A stretch of 64,000 bases of DNA from Mobula hypostoma. Lineage: Eukaryota. Below are positions 49,577-62,125 of this stretch, piece by piece. The stretch is from contig NC_086097.1 of assembly GCF_963921235.1 (NCBI RefSeq), positions 121,894,001-121,958,000 on the forward strand, read 5' to 3'. How positions within the stretch are numbered: position 1 is the first letter of the stretch; the number at the start of each line of letters is the position of its first letter. The position numbers and the translations under genes are program-made. The notes beneath the pieces were generated by a model. The model was not told where the DNA came from, did no database searches, and saw nothing but the letters and a program-made list of their open reading frames with translations.

Positions 49577-52500
49577 ATGGAGTCTATTATCAATTTTGTC
49601 TCCTGGAATACTAATGGTCTTAACCATCCTATTAAAAGGAAAAAAGTTTTTAAAGTGTTCCGGAGACTTAAAGCACAAATTCTATTTTTACAAGAGACCC
49701 ATGTGCGGAGGGGGGACAGACTACGTTTTTTTAAATTCTGGAAGGATAACAGTTTAATTCGAACTCTAACGCTAAGATTCGAGGCGTCTCTATTTTTATA
49801 GACTCCTCAGTTACTTTTATACAACATGATATTATCTCTGATCCGAATGGTAGATTTATACTGGTTAGTGGTCTACTATTTAATAAAAAGGTAGTTTTGG
49901 TTAATGTTTATGCTCCCAATATGGACTGTCCAGAATTTTATAAATCATTATTTAATCAGTTCCCGAATTTGAATGAGTTTTCATTGATCTGGGGCGGAGA
50001 TCTTAATACCTGTTTATCTCCAGCTTTGGACCGTTCGGCTCCTCTACGGACCTTACCTAATAAATCTGCAACTTTGATTAAATCATTCCTCTCTGATTCT
50101 GGGTCGACGTACATTTGGCGCTTTTTGCATCCTCAGGAAAAAGATTTTTCTTTTTTTTCACATGTCCACTATTCCTATTCAAGAATTGATTATTTCTTTA
50201 TTGACTCTCGTCTTATTTCTTCAGTGATTAAATGTGATTATGACTCTATAACCATTTTGGTTCTTGCTCCACTTAAGCTTTCTATTAAAATTCTGGCCAA
50301 TACACAAACTAATAGACAATGGCGTTTTAATTCGCTGTTGCTTCAGGACTCGGACTTTGTTAACTTTATGAATGAACAGATTGATCTTTTTTTTAACAAT
50401 CAACTATACAGAGGATATTTCTGTGAACATTCTTTGGGATACTTTTAAAGCTTATATTCGTGGTCAGATTATCTCGTATTCTGCTGTTTTGAGGAAGAAG
50501 CTGAAGCAGGAAGAGTTGGTAATTGTGGACAAGATTAAGGAAATTGATAAGAAATATGTTACAGCTCCCTCTGAGGAGTTATATAAACAAAGAACTGAAC
50601 TTCAAATGGAACACAGTTTATTACTTTCGTCCTCGATTGTGAACCAGTTAAAGAAAACAAGAAGTGAATTTTATGTACACAGTGACAAAATTGGCAAACT
50701 GTTGGCTAATCAATTGAAGTCTAATTATGCTAAATCTCAAATTAATCAGATTTATAATCAAAATGATCGACTGATACTTGATCATGCAGAGATTAATCAA
50801 ACCTTTGATTTTTATTCTTCCTTATATCAATCAGAGTCTTCTCGAGACTCTAAATATATGAATGATATTTTAGATAACTTAGATTTCCCTGAGATTTCAC
50901 AGGATATGTCTTCTATGCTAGATACTCCCATTACCACTGATGAGATTAAGAATGTTATTTCCTCTATGAACCTGGGGAAAGCTCCTGGCCCTGATGGGGT
51001 TACTGCAGAATTTTATAAATGTTTTGCACCTTCATTAATCCCTTGGTTCTGTAGGGTTTTCGAGGCTTCATTAAAAGTTGGTAAACTTCCCGAATCTTTC
51101 AATAGAGCGTCAATCTCTCTAATATTAAAGAAGGATAAAGATCCTGCTCAATGTGCATCTTATAGACCAATATCTTTATTAAATGTTGACTCTAAAATTT
51201 TTTCTAAATTATTAGCAAACAGATTAGAAAAAGTACTTCCTTTTATTATTTCAGAAGACCAAACAGGTTTTATTAAAGGTCGTTACTCTTTTTATAACAT
51301 TCGCACACTGTTAAATATTGTTTATACCCCCTCACAAAATGTTCCTGAGTGTGTTATCTCTTTAGATGCTGAGAAAGCTTTTGATAGAGTAGAATGGCCT
51401 TACGTATTTAAGGTGCTTGAAATGTTTAATTTTAGCTCGAAATTTATATCCTGGATCAAACTGTTATATCATTCTCCTGTGGCCTCGGTCCGTACTAACT
51501 CTTTAAGCTCACCTTTTTTCCCTCTTTTTCAAGGTACTCAACAAGGTTGTCCTCTTAGTCCTTTATTATTTGATATTGCATTAGAACCTCTTGCAATTGC
51601 CATTCGAGAATCTCCAAATATTACTGGGATAAGTCAGGGCTTAAAATCCCATAAAATATCACTCTATGCTGATGACTTACTTTTATATATGTCTAATCCT
51701 CAAAAATCCATCCCTGCTGTTTTAGATTTATTAGCACAATTTAGTCTTTTTTCAGGTTATAAATTAAATCTTAGTAAGAGTGAACTTTTCCCGATTAATA
51801 AACAACTTCCCTTATATCATAACTTTCCGTTTAAATTGATTAATAATTATTTTTCATATCTTGGGATTAAAATTACTTGTAAACACAAAGATTTATTTAA
51901 GATTAATTTTTTACCCTTAATTGACCACATTATTCAACTTTCATCTAAATGGTTTCCATTATATTTAACTTTGGTCATATTAATGCAGTTAAGATGTTTT
52001 TTCCGCCAAAATTTTTATATATATTTCAGGCATTACCGATTTTTGTTCCAAAATCTTTTTTTGATAAAGTTGACTCAAAAATTTCTTCATTTATTTGGCA
52101 AAATAAAAACCCGAGACTGGGTAAAATACATTTACAGAAAGCTAAGAGAGATGGAGGTTTAGCATTACCTAACTTTAGATTCTATTATTGGGCAATTAAT
52201 ATTCGACATATGAAATTTTGGTTACTTGACCAGGATATATTATCCATTCCTAAATGGGTAGCAATGGAATTACAATCTGTTCAGGGCTATACACTTGGCT
52301 CTATTTTAGGTTCCTCTCTTCCTTTTGATTTGAAACGCCTCAAACAGGTCTCTAACCCGATAGTTAAATATACCTTACGTATTTGGTTTCAATTCAGAAA
52401 ATTTTTTGATCTTAACCAATTTGGGCTAGCGATTCCTATTTTAGGTAACATATTTTTTCCTCCCCCTTTCACAGATCGTGCTTTTCAAATTTGGAAGACT

Positions 52501-53345
52501 AAGGGTATTTCACGGTTTTTGGGTTTATTTTTAGATGGTTCCCTTATGTCTTTTGAACAATTATCTAATAAATATAATTTATCCAGAATACATTTTTTTA
52601 GATATCTACAAGTTAGAAATTTCCTAAGTACTATACTTTCTTCCTTTCCAATGCTTCCTCCTACATATATTTTCGATACTATAATTAACCTTAATCCATG
52701 TCAGAAAGGTGCATTGGCTATGATTTATAATATTATTATGAAACTTAGGAAAGCTCCATTTGATAAGATTAGGGTAGATTGGGAACAGGAATTGGGTTCT
52801 ATCATTTCCGTGGATGACTGGGGGCAGATTTTACAATTAGTCAATACTTCCTCTATCTGTGCTAAACGTTCCTTAATTCAATTTAAAGTTGTTCATAGAG
52901 CACATATGTCCAAAGATAAATTAGCTCGTTTTTATTCTCATATTAATCCTTTTGTGATAGATGTCCGGGGCAGATAGCCTCTTTAACTCATATGTTTTGG
53001 TCTTGTCCTACTCTGGAAACTTCTTGGAGAGACATTTTTAATATTATCTCAAAGGTATTGAATATAGATATCTCTCCTCACCCTATTACTGCTATCTTTG
53101 GATTACCTAAAATTTCCAGTAATCTTTCTCCTTCAGCCCGTAGAATGATTGCATTTCTTACTTTAATGGCGAAAAGATGTATCTTACAACATTGGAGAGA
53201 GCTTAATGCTCCAACTACCTTTTTTTGGTTTTCTCAGACAATATTATGCTTGAATTTGGAGAAAATTAGAAGCAATCTCTATGATTCCTCACTTAAATTC
53301 GAACAGACCTGGAGATTTTTTATTCAATATTTTCATTTAATATAT
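49577..53345 (+). pseudogene. L1 ORF2 (APE endonuclease, RT, C-terminal domain), frameshifted
   Basis: SWNTNGLN, LQETH, NVYAPN, GGDLN, SRIDYFF; KAPGPDG, YRPISLLN, SLDAEKAFDRVEW, QGCPLSP, YADDL; HMFWSCP. Confidence 0.95.
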
Positions 53346-53794
53346 TTTTTTTTCTTCTCTTTTTTGCTCCATATTTATATTTCCTTCTTGTTTTTTTTTA
53401 CTGTTTTTAATGGAGGTCGGGTTTGAGGACGTGATTTTAAGTTCTTTAACTCTTCTTGGTTCCAAGTTAGTCCATTGCTTTGCTTTGCTTTTAGTTTAGT
53501 TGCACGGTGGGTTTTTTTGGGGGGTTCTTTTGGGGTTTTTTTTCCTTTTCTCTATTGATTTATATGTATAAAAATTAGTATACTATTATGTTATCTTATT
53601 ATGTTATGTTTAAATTACATTGTTTGTATTATTTTTTTATCTGTATTAATATCTCCTGTAATTTTATTATATTCTAACAGTGTATTAGTGCCTATATGGC
53701 TTACCTTTTTGTATACTTATTCAATAAAAAGATCTAAAAAAGAGGCTCTACTCTCCAAATTTCACATTTGAATGCCTTCCATTTACCAAGTACC

Positions 53795-56700
53795 AGGCAC
53801 ATTTAATAGAGCTGTTAGGGAGGGTTTAAACTAATTTGGCTGGGAGATGGGAACCACAGTGATAGGGCTGAGGAAAGGGAAAACAGAAATAAATCAAAGA
53901 TAGCGTGCAACAAAGATTATAGAAAGAACAAGCAGGAGATGAGGCTTAATCAAAGCCATTGGCATGAGTTACAGGGCAATAGAGGCATGGTGCAGTTAAA
54001 ACAGAAAGCAACAAATACTGGACTGGGAGTGTTGTATTTGAATGCATGCAGCTTAAGAATTAAAATGGATGATCTTGAAATTCAGCTACAGATTGGCAAA
54101 TATGATGTTGTAGCCATTTCTGAAACATGGCTAAAGTAAAGCTGCCATTGGGAGCTGAATGGTAGTATATCAGAAGGACAGGTTAGTAGGTGGAGGGGGT
54201 TGTGTGGCTCTGTGTATAAGGAATAATATTAAATCAGTGGAAAGAGATGACATAGGAATGGAAGGTGTAGAATCTCCATGGGTTGAGTTAAGAAATGGCA
54301 AGGGTAAAAGGACCCTAATGGCAGTTGTGTACCGGCCTCCAAACAACAGCCGGGATGTGGATTACAAATTACAGCTGGAGATAGAAAAGACGTGTCAGAA
54401 AGGCAATGTCATGATAATCGTTGGGGATTTTGACATGAAAGTGGATTGGGAAAACCAGGCCAGTACTGGATCTCAAGAGAGAGAATTTGTAGAATGTCTA
54501 AGGGATGGCTGTTTAGAACAGCTTGTTGTTGAGCCCACTAAGGGATCGGCTGTGCTGGATTCGGTGTTGTGCAATGATCCGGAAGTGATAAGAGAGCTTA
54601 AGGTTAAGGAACCCTAAGGGAACGGTGATCACAATATGATTGAGTTCACATTGAAATTTGGGAGGGAAAAAATAAAATCCAATGTGTCGGTATTTCAGTG
54701 GAATAAAGGAAATTATAATGGCATGAGAACTGGCCAAAGTTGACTGGAAAAGGATATTTGCAAGAAAGATAGCAAAGCAGCAATGGCTGGAGTTTCCATG
54801 AAAAATGAGGGAAGTGCAAGACAGATATATTCGAATTAAGAAGAAATTTTCAAAGGGAAGAAGGACACTACTGTGGCTGACAAGTGAAGTCATAGCCAAA
54901 GTAAAAGCAAAAGAGAAGGCGTATAAGGAAGCTAGAGCAAGTGGGAAGATAGAGGATTGGGGAGCTTTTAAAAACTTGCATAAGAGGTCATTTGGAAGGA
55001 AAAGATAAATTATGAGAAGAAGTTGGTGACTAATATCAAAGAAGATACTAAAAGCTTTTTTAAGTATATAAAGCGTAAAAGAGAGTCGAGGGTAGATGTA
55101 GGACCAATACAAAATGATGCTGGAGATATTGCAATGAGAGATGCAGAGATGGAAGAGTAACAGAATGCGTATTTTGCATCAGTCTTCACAGTGGAAGACG
55201 TCTGCAGTACACCGGACATTCAAGAGTGTCAGGGAAGTGAAGTTTGGACAATGAAAGGTGCTTAGGAAGCTTAATGGTCTGAGGATGGATAAATATCCTG
55301 GACCTGATGAAGTGCACCCTCGGGTTCCGAAGGAAGTAGCTGGAGAGATTGCAGAGGCATTAACAATGATCTTTCAAGAATCGATAGATTCTGGCATTGT
55401 ACCAGATGACTGGAAAATTGCAAATGTTACTCCGCTATTTAAGGAGGGTGGGAGGCAGCAGAAAGGAAACTATAGACCTGTTAGCCTGACATCAGTGGTT
55501 GGGAAGTTGTTGGAATCGATTGTTAGGGATAAGATTACGGAGTACCTGGAGGCACATGACAAGATAGGCCAAAGCCAGCATGGTTTCCTGAAAGGAAAGT
55601 CCTGCCTGACTAACCTATTGCAATTCTTTGAGGAAATTACAAAGGAGATGCAGTGGACGTGGTGTACTTGGACTTTCAGAAGGCCTTTGACAAGGTGTTG
55701 CACATGAGGCTGCTTAGCAAGATAAGAGTCCGTGGAATTATAGGGAAGTTACTAGTGTGGATGGAGTATTGGCTGGTCGGCAGAGAACAGAGAGATCCTA
55801 TTCTGGCTGGCTGCCGGCTACCAGTGGAGTTCCATAGGGGTTGCTGCTTTTTACGATGTATGTCAATGATTTGGACTATGGGATTAATAGATTTGTGGCG
55901 AAATTTGCCAATGATACAAAAATAGGTGGAGTAGCTTGTAGTGTTGAGGAAACAGAGAACCTGCAGAGAGACTTAAATAGTTTAGGGGAATGGGCAAAGA
56001 AGTGGCAAATGAAATACAATGTTGGAAAGTGTATGGTCTAGCACTTTGGTGGAAGAAATAAACAGGCAGATTATTACTCAGGTGGTGAGAGAATTCAAAA
56101 TGCAGAGATGCAAAGGGACTTGGGAGTCCTTGTGCAAGATACCCTAAAGGTTAACCTCTAGGTTGAGTCAGTTGTGAAGAAGGTGAATGCAATGTTGGCA
56201 TTCATTTCTAGAGGTTTAGAATATAAAAGCAGGGATGTGATGTTGAGGCTCTGTAAGGCACTCGTGAGACCACACTTGGAGTATTGGAGTTTTGGGCTCC
56301 TTATTTTTGAAGGATATACTGACATTAGAGAGGGTTCAGAGAAGATTCACGAGGAGATTCCAGGAATGAAAGGGTTACTGTATGAGGAACGTCTGGCAGC
56401 TCTTGGGCTGTATTCCCTGGAGTTCAGGGGAATGAGAGGGGATCTCATAGAAACATTCTGAATGTTAAAAGGCTTGAACAGATTAGATATGGCAAAGTTA
56501 TTTCCCATGGTAGGGGATTCTAGGACAAGAGGATATAACTTCAGGATTGAAGGACATCCTTTTAGAACTGAGATGTGGAAAAATTACTTTAGTCAGAGGG
56601 TGGTAAATCTCTAGAATTTGTTGCCATGAGTGGCTGTGGAGGTCAAGTCATTGGGTGTATTTAAGGCAGAGATAGATAGGTTCTTGATTAGCCAGGGCAT

Positions 56701-56835
56701 CAAAGGGTATGGGGTGAAAACAGGGAAGTGGGGATGACTGGAAGAATTGGATCAGCCCATGATTGAATGGTGGAGCAGACTTGATGGGCCAAATGGCCTT
56801 CTTCTGCTCCTATATCTTATGGTCTTATGGTCTTA
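53795..56835 (+). mobile_element. CR1 LINE (ORF1 end plus decayed ORF2)
   Basis: YLNACS, AISETWL, YRPPN, YRPVSLTS, QHGFLKGKSCLTNL, KFANDTK; tail cctatatcttatggtcttatggtctta. Confidence 0.92.
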
Positions 56836-57874
56836 ATTACACCTTTATCAGAAAACACCTTCCCAATCCACACTTGCCAGATCCTTTGATACCACTAACA
56901 TTGGTCTTTCTCTAATTTAGAATCTCAAACCGAGAACCTGGTAGGTCACTACCAACCACCCCCCCCCCCCACCCCCGCAACCACCAGAAGTATCCAAAGC
57001 AGTATACTTATTATTGAGGAGAATCAGGTACCTTTCTCCTACAACTTAGGGATGACCTAAGTCCTGTAGCTCCTGTTCATTAATATAGTGTTTAAGGTGC
57101 TGCAGCATGGAGCACTTTGTGCAGATGTAGTTACAGGGAGACTGGGGGCTCTCCTGAAGTTCCCACATCTCACACAAGGAACATCCCATTAGCTCTGAAC
57201 CCATTGTCAGCACACTATTTAGGTACTAACAGAAGCAAAACCTGACCACTCTAACACTGCTCTAATCCAACATTCTAGCTGCTCCACTTACATCTCCTTT
57301 CTTTTTATTGGCTCAAACAGTGAATCTCTCCTGACGAGACTTGCAGTTTACAAATGGCTTCTGCCCTCCAAGATGTCATTCTCTCACTCGTTACTTCAAA
57401 CAGTGACTTGCTCCTAATGAGAGCTATCAGTTTTCAAATGGCTCCCACCTTGTAAGATGCTGCTCTCTCACGCACTACTTCAAACAGGTTTGTAATTTGT
57501 AAGTGTGTCAAACGTTACAGGGAGAAGACAGGAGAATGGGGTTGAGAGGGATAATAAATCAGCCATGATGGAATAGCAGAGAGGAACTGGTGAGTCAAGT
57601 GGCCTCATTTTGCTCATATGTCTTATCGCAACACTAATGATAGAAGTTTGAATGGAAATATTCGCCCAGCATTTTCATTACACAAACATGAATTTATTTT
57701 ATATTTATTATTTGATTCTACAGCTCAAGAAATGCATGTAGCAAAAATTGCTGGACAAGGTAACACCATGTTAAGGTCAAGAAGTCCTCTGAGTGGTCAG
57801 TTTGGCACCAATTGTTTTGCTCTTTAACTAATGTGAGTTAAGGATAGATAAAGGAACAGAAAAAGAAAATAAGT

Positions 57875-58452
57875 TAAGGCATTGGTGAGGCCAACTTTTG
57901 GAGTATTGTGTACAGTTTTGGTCACCGAATTATAGGAAAGATGTCAACAAATTAGAGAGAGTTCAGAGAAGGTTTACTAGAATGTTACCTGGGTTTCATC
58001 ACCTAAGTTACAGAGAAAGGTTGAACAAGTTGGGTCTTTATTCTTTGGAACGTAGAAGGTTGAGGGGGGACTTGATAAAGGTATTTAAAATTATGAAGGG
58101 GATAGATAGAGTTAATGTGGATAGGCTTTTTCCATTGAGAGTGGGGGAGATTCAAACAAGAGGACATGAGTTGAGAGTTAAAGGGCAAAAGTTTAGGGGT
58201 AACATGAGGGGGAATTTCTTTACTCAGAGAGTGGTAGCTGTGTGGAATGAGCTTCCAGCAGAAATGGTTGAGGCAGTTTCGATGTTGTCGATTAAAGTTA
58301 AATTGGACAGCTATATAGACAGGAAAGGAATGGAGGGTTATGGGCTGAGTGCAGGTCGGTGGGACTAGGTGAGAGTAAGAGTTCGGCATGGACTAGAAGG
58401 GCCGAGATGGCCTGTTTCCATGCTGTAATTGTTATATGGTATATGGTTATAT
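57875..58452 (+). mobile_element. Young CR1 3' fragment, same subfamily as 22372-23310
   Basis: EYCVQFWSPNYRKDVNKLERVQRRFTRMLPGF; same tail type. Confidence 0.9.
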
Positions 58453-58642
58453 TACATTGAATTAGTAACAGAAAAGAAAATGAACAAAGAAAGATTGGAT
58501 TTCACATTATAAGAAAAATTATCTGCTTTGCAGCACTTTATCAATTTTTATAAATCCTGCTCATAACTATGAGCACAATTTAACTTAATGCATTCTCTGG
58601 AAATCATTAGAGCATATCCACAAAAACATCTTCGTGATACTA

Positions 58643-60592
58643 CATTTAATGGTCACTTTATTTGGTACACCTATACACCCTGCTTGTTAAGGCAAATATC
58701 TTATCAGCCAATCAGGTGGCAGCAACTCAGTGCATAAAAGCATGCAGACATGGTCAAGAGGTTTAGTTTTTTTTCAGCGCAAACATCAGAATGGGAAAGA
58801 AATGTGATCTAAGTGAGAGACAGGGTGATCACAGAAACTGCTGACCTGTTGGGGTGTTCATGCACAGCAGTCACTAGGGTGTACAGAGAATGTTGCAAAG
58901 AAAAATCAACAAATAAAATCCAGAGACAGGCAATTATATGAGCAAAATAAAGCCTTGTTAATGAGATACATCAGAAGAGAATGGCCATATTAGTTCAAGC
59001 TGACAGGAAGGTGATAGTAACTCAAATAACCACACATTAAAACAGTGGTGTGCAGAGGAGCATTTCTGAACACATAACATGTTGAACCTTGAAGTGAATG
59101 GGTTACAACAGTTAAAAGACCATGAACATACACTTAGTTACCACTTTATTTGGTACAGCAAGTACAGGTGTCCCCCGCTTTTCGAACGTTCGCTTTACGA
59201 AACCTCACTGTTACGAAAGACCTACATTAGTACCCTGTTTTCGCTTTCAGAAGGTGTTTTCACTGTTAGGAAGAAAGGCAGCGCACAATAAAAAATCAGC
59301 GCACGATAAAGGGCAGCGCGCACCCCGAGCAGCCGCTCTCCCCCAGATTCGGAACGGCATTGCTTAAACATGAGCCTCTGAGCAGCTGTTTGCAAGGTGA
59401 GTTCTAAGGTGTCGGAAAAGCCTGAAAGAACTCGTAAGGGTGTTACACTTAGCATAAAACTAGACATAATTAAGCATTTTGATCGTGGTGAACGAAGCAG
59501 GGACAAAGTGAGTTTGGCTTGTGGAAACTGACGAAGTTGATGTTGAAGATGTTCTGGCATCCCATGAACAAGAACTGATAGATGAAGACCTGATACAATT
59601 GGAAGAGGAAAGGATAACAATCGAAACCGAATTCAACCGAATGCAGAAAGTGAAGCAACTGCGTGAGATTTTCGCTGCAATGACAAAGTACAACTTTAAT
59701 TTTGAAAGGGTACGTAGGTTTAGGGGATATTTTCAGGATGTTTTGAGTCCTTACAAAGAACTGTATGATATAAAAATGCTCGAGGCTCAGCAGTCAAGCA
59801 AGCCTTCCACATCAGCCACACCAGACGATGAACCTCGCCCTTTGACATCGAGGCAGGCAGTCATAGGAGAAGATGAGCTGCCTGCCCTGATCGCCGATGA
59901 GATGACACCCCAATGTCCCACCACCCCATCCCCCAGACAGATACTGTACCGACTCACGGAGAGTTCAGGGGTAGCCAGGAGGCACACAGCACATCTTTAA
60001 GAAAAAAGCCAAAATAAACATGCTAATGAATTAGGTGCCACCTAGCACGTAATTTTCGGCCCAGATCACTGCCGATGCAATTGGCAATCGCCTCTGATCT
60101 GCGCCGACATTTACGTTCCGGGCAGCACCTAATTAATTAGCATGTTTATTTCGGCTTTTTTCTTAAAGATGTGCTGTGTGCCTCCCGGCTACCCCTGCGT
60201 GCTTCGCGGCAATGTATCGGGTTGGCGGCCTGGTGGGTGGGGGCCACTGCACCACCCAGCCTGCGACGACTCAGTGTAACACACCATCATCAGTGTGCTC
60301 GGCGCTGTTTTCCCAATTCCGGTAAGTGATACTACACTGTACATACATTATTTTTACTTTATATAGGCTGTGTATTTATCATATCATTCCTGCTTTTACT
60401 ATACGTTACTGTTATTTGGCATGAAAAGGTAGGTTATTTTTGGGTCTGCGAACGCTCACAAAATTTTCCCATATAAATAAATGGTAATTGCTTCTTCACT
60501 TTACGACATTTCGGCTTACGAACCATTTCATAGGAACGCTCTGCCTTCGGATGGCGGGGGAAACCTGTACCTCATAATATGGCCACTGAGTG
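58643..60592. mobile_element. Tc1/mariner non-autonomous element whose right TIR-TIR cap is interrupted by a Tigger derivative
   Basis: TA-CATTTAATGGTCACTTTATTTGG...; internal TIR at 59131; terminal TGGCCACTGAGTG-TA at 60592. Confidence 0.8.
59165..60567 (+). mobile_element. Tigger/pogo internal-deletion derivative with a long internal palindrome (second copy)
   Basis: TA TSD; CAGGTGTCCCCCGC / GCGGGGGAAACCTG; RKGVTLSIKLDIIKHFDRGE and DVEDVLASHEQELIDEDLIQLE remnants. Confidence 0.9.
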
Positions 60593-60604
60593 TATGAATC
60601 GGAA

Positions 60605-60707
60605 ATGTCCTGAAGACAGGTCATGGCCTGAAATATCAACTGTTTGTTCATTTCCATAGATGCTGCCTGATCCTGATGAGTTCCTCCAGCATTTTGTGTG
60701 TGTTGCA
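60605..60707 (+). mobile_element. Short Penelope 3' fragment with decayed hammerhead
   Basis: GTC-CTGAAGA-CAGGTCATGGCCT-GAAA-TATC-AACT...ccagcattttgtgtgtgttgc. Confidence 0.7.
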
Positions 60708-60709
60708 GT

Positions 60710-61120
60710 CATTCACAGTAGAACAAGGAAATATAATAATGAAAAACTACACTCAAAGACTGATAAACAACTTATGTGCAAAAGAAGATAAACAGTGCAC
60801 ATACAGTAAAAAAAATACTGAGAACATGAGTTGTAGAATGTGAGAAAGTGAGTCCATAGGTTATGGGATTAGTTCAGATTTGTGGTGAATGAAGTCATTA
60901 ACTTCAGGAGCCTGTTAGCTGAAGGATAATAATAACTGTTCTTGAACCTGGTGTTGTGGGACCTAAGGCTCTTGGACCTCTTGCCCGATGGTAGTAGAAA
61001 AAAAGAGCATGTCCTGGAAGATCTGGATCTTTGATAATGGATGCTACTTTCTTGTGGCAGTGCTCCTTATAGATGTGCTCAATGGTGAGGAGGGCTTTGC
61101 TGGTGAAGGACTGGGCTGTA
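60710..61120 (-). mobile_element. Rex/Babar 3' fragment
   Basis: IEHIYKEHCHKKVASIIKDPDLPGHALF. Confidence 0.8.
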
Positions 61121-62125
61121 TTTTTGTAGAAACACTTTGTTGATTCTGTTTTCCTTGTTTCATTGATGTCTCCCTGCTGCTGGCAAAGCAAGAACCTGTT
61201 TGCAACTTTCTTTCTTCACCAATGCTGTCTGACCTATTGAGTATTTCTGACATTTTATGTTAATGTTAAGGACACTAATTTTGTAGTCATGATATTTATG
61301 AATCTTACTGAATTGGTACTTTGCATTTTAAAGTGAAGAAATTGCACATAGCCTGGCTGTTCCATACTATTCACATTACTGAATATAACCTGTAGACTGA
61401 GTGTGTGAGACCCTTGTTTTGCTTTCTAGACTGGACTAGGTACCATACATACAATAGCAGCAGAAATATTAAAATATATGGCCTCAGAATACAAGAATGT
61501 CCCTTTAGAACAGACCTCATGAGGAATTTCTTCAGCCAGATAGTGGTGAATCTATGGAATTCATTGCCACAGATGGCTGTGGAGCCCAAGTCACTGGGTT
61601 TATAAAAGCGGAGTTTGATGGATTGTGAATTAATAAGGGTATCAAAGTTCAAGAGAGAAGGTGGTTGAGAAGGATAATAAATCATCCACAATGGAATAGC
61701 AAATAGGACTTGATGGACCAAATGGCCTTATTCTGCTCCAATGTCTTATGGTCCAAAATTATATTGATCTAAATATACTGGCACCATTAATAGAATCTAT
61801 TCATGCATGTTCCCACCAGTAAAACAGATTGACAGAACCGGTAATGGATGCTACTTTCACACAATGTTCCCACACATAGTTCTGGCACTTAACTCATTTA
61901 AAAGAAATAACTGGCAAGGTTTATAAAGGGTGAGATCTGAGAGCTCAGAGCTAAGAGAATAGATGCAATAGAAGCATTTGTTTCATTAATTATTTCGATA
62001 TGGTATGCATCTAGTTCAATTTTTGTCACAAAAAAGTTCAGCAATTCATGAAAAAGTTGCACAACAGACTTTAGAGCATTACATTCAAGTAACTGTTTGC
62101 TAGCTGGATTATATTCAGTTACTTC

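Larger units (their letters stand above)
47124..53741 (+). mobile_element. Full-length L1-clade LINE (decayed)
   Basis: 5' GAGACTTCCGGT; ORF1, T-rich spacer of about 700 bp, ORF2; AATAAA plus A-tail; TSD aggctc(g/t)actc at 47113-47123 and 53743-53753. Confidence 0.95.
45565..57200 (-). mobile_element. Old CR1 split into pieces (about 45565-46587, 47016-47123, 53743-53795, 56836-57200) by three later insertions
   Basis: CR1 C-terminus RRKFTRMLLGPEELSYMERLNRLGL; the host sequence rejoins across each insertion, with TSDs at two of them. Confidence 0.75.

Noticed and set aside
59521..60000. Domesticated TIGD-like gene
   Set aside because: It lies between intact TIRs, lacks the DDE core, is out of frame with the HTH remnant, and is broken in the sister copy.
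60672..60690. Extra hammerhead core CTGATGAG
   Set aside because: No downstream GAAA or helices; it is a variant of the ctgctgagttcctcc terminal motif.
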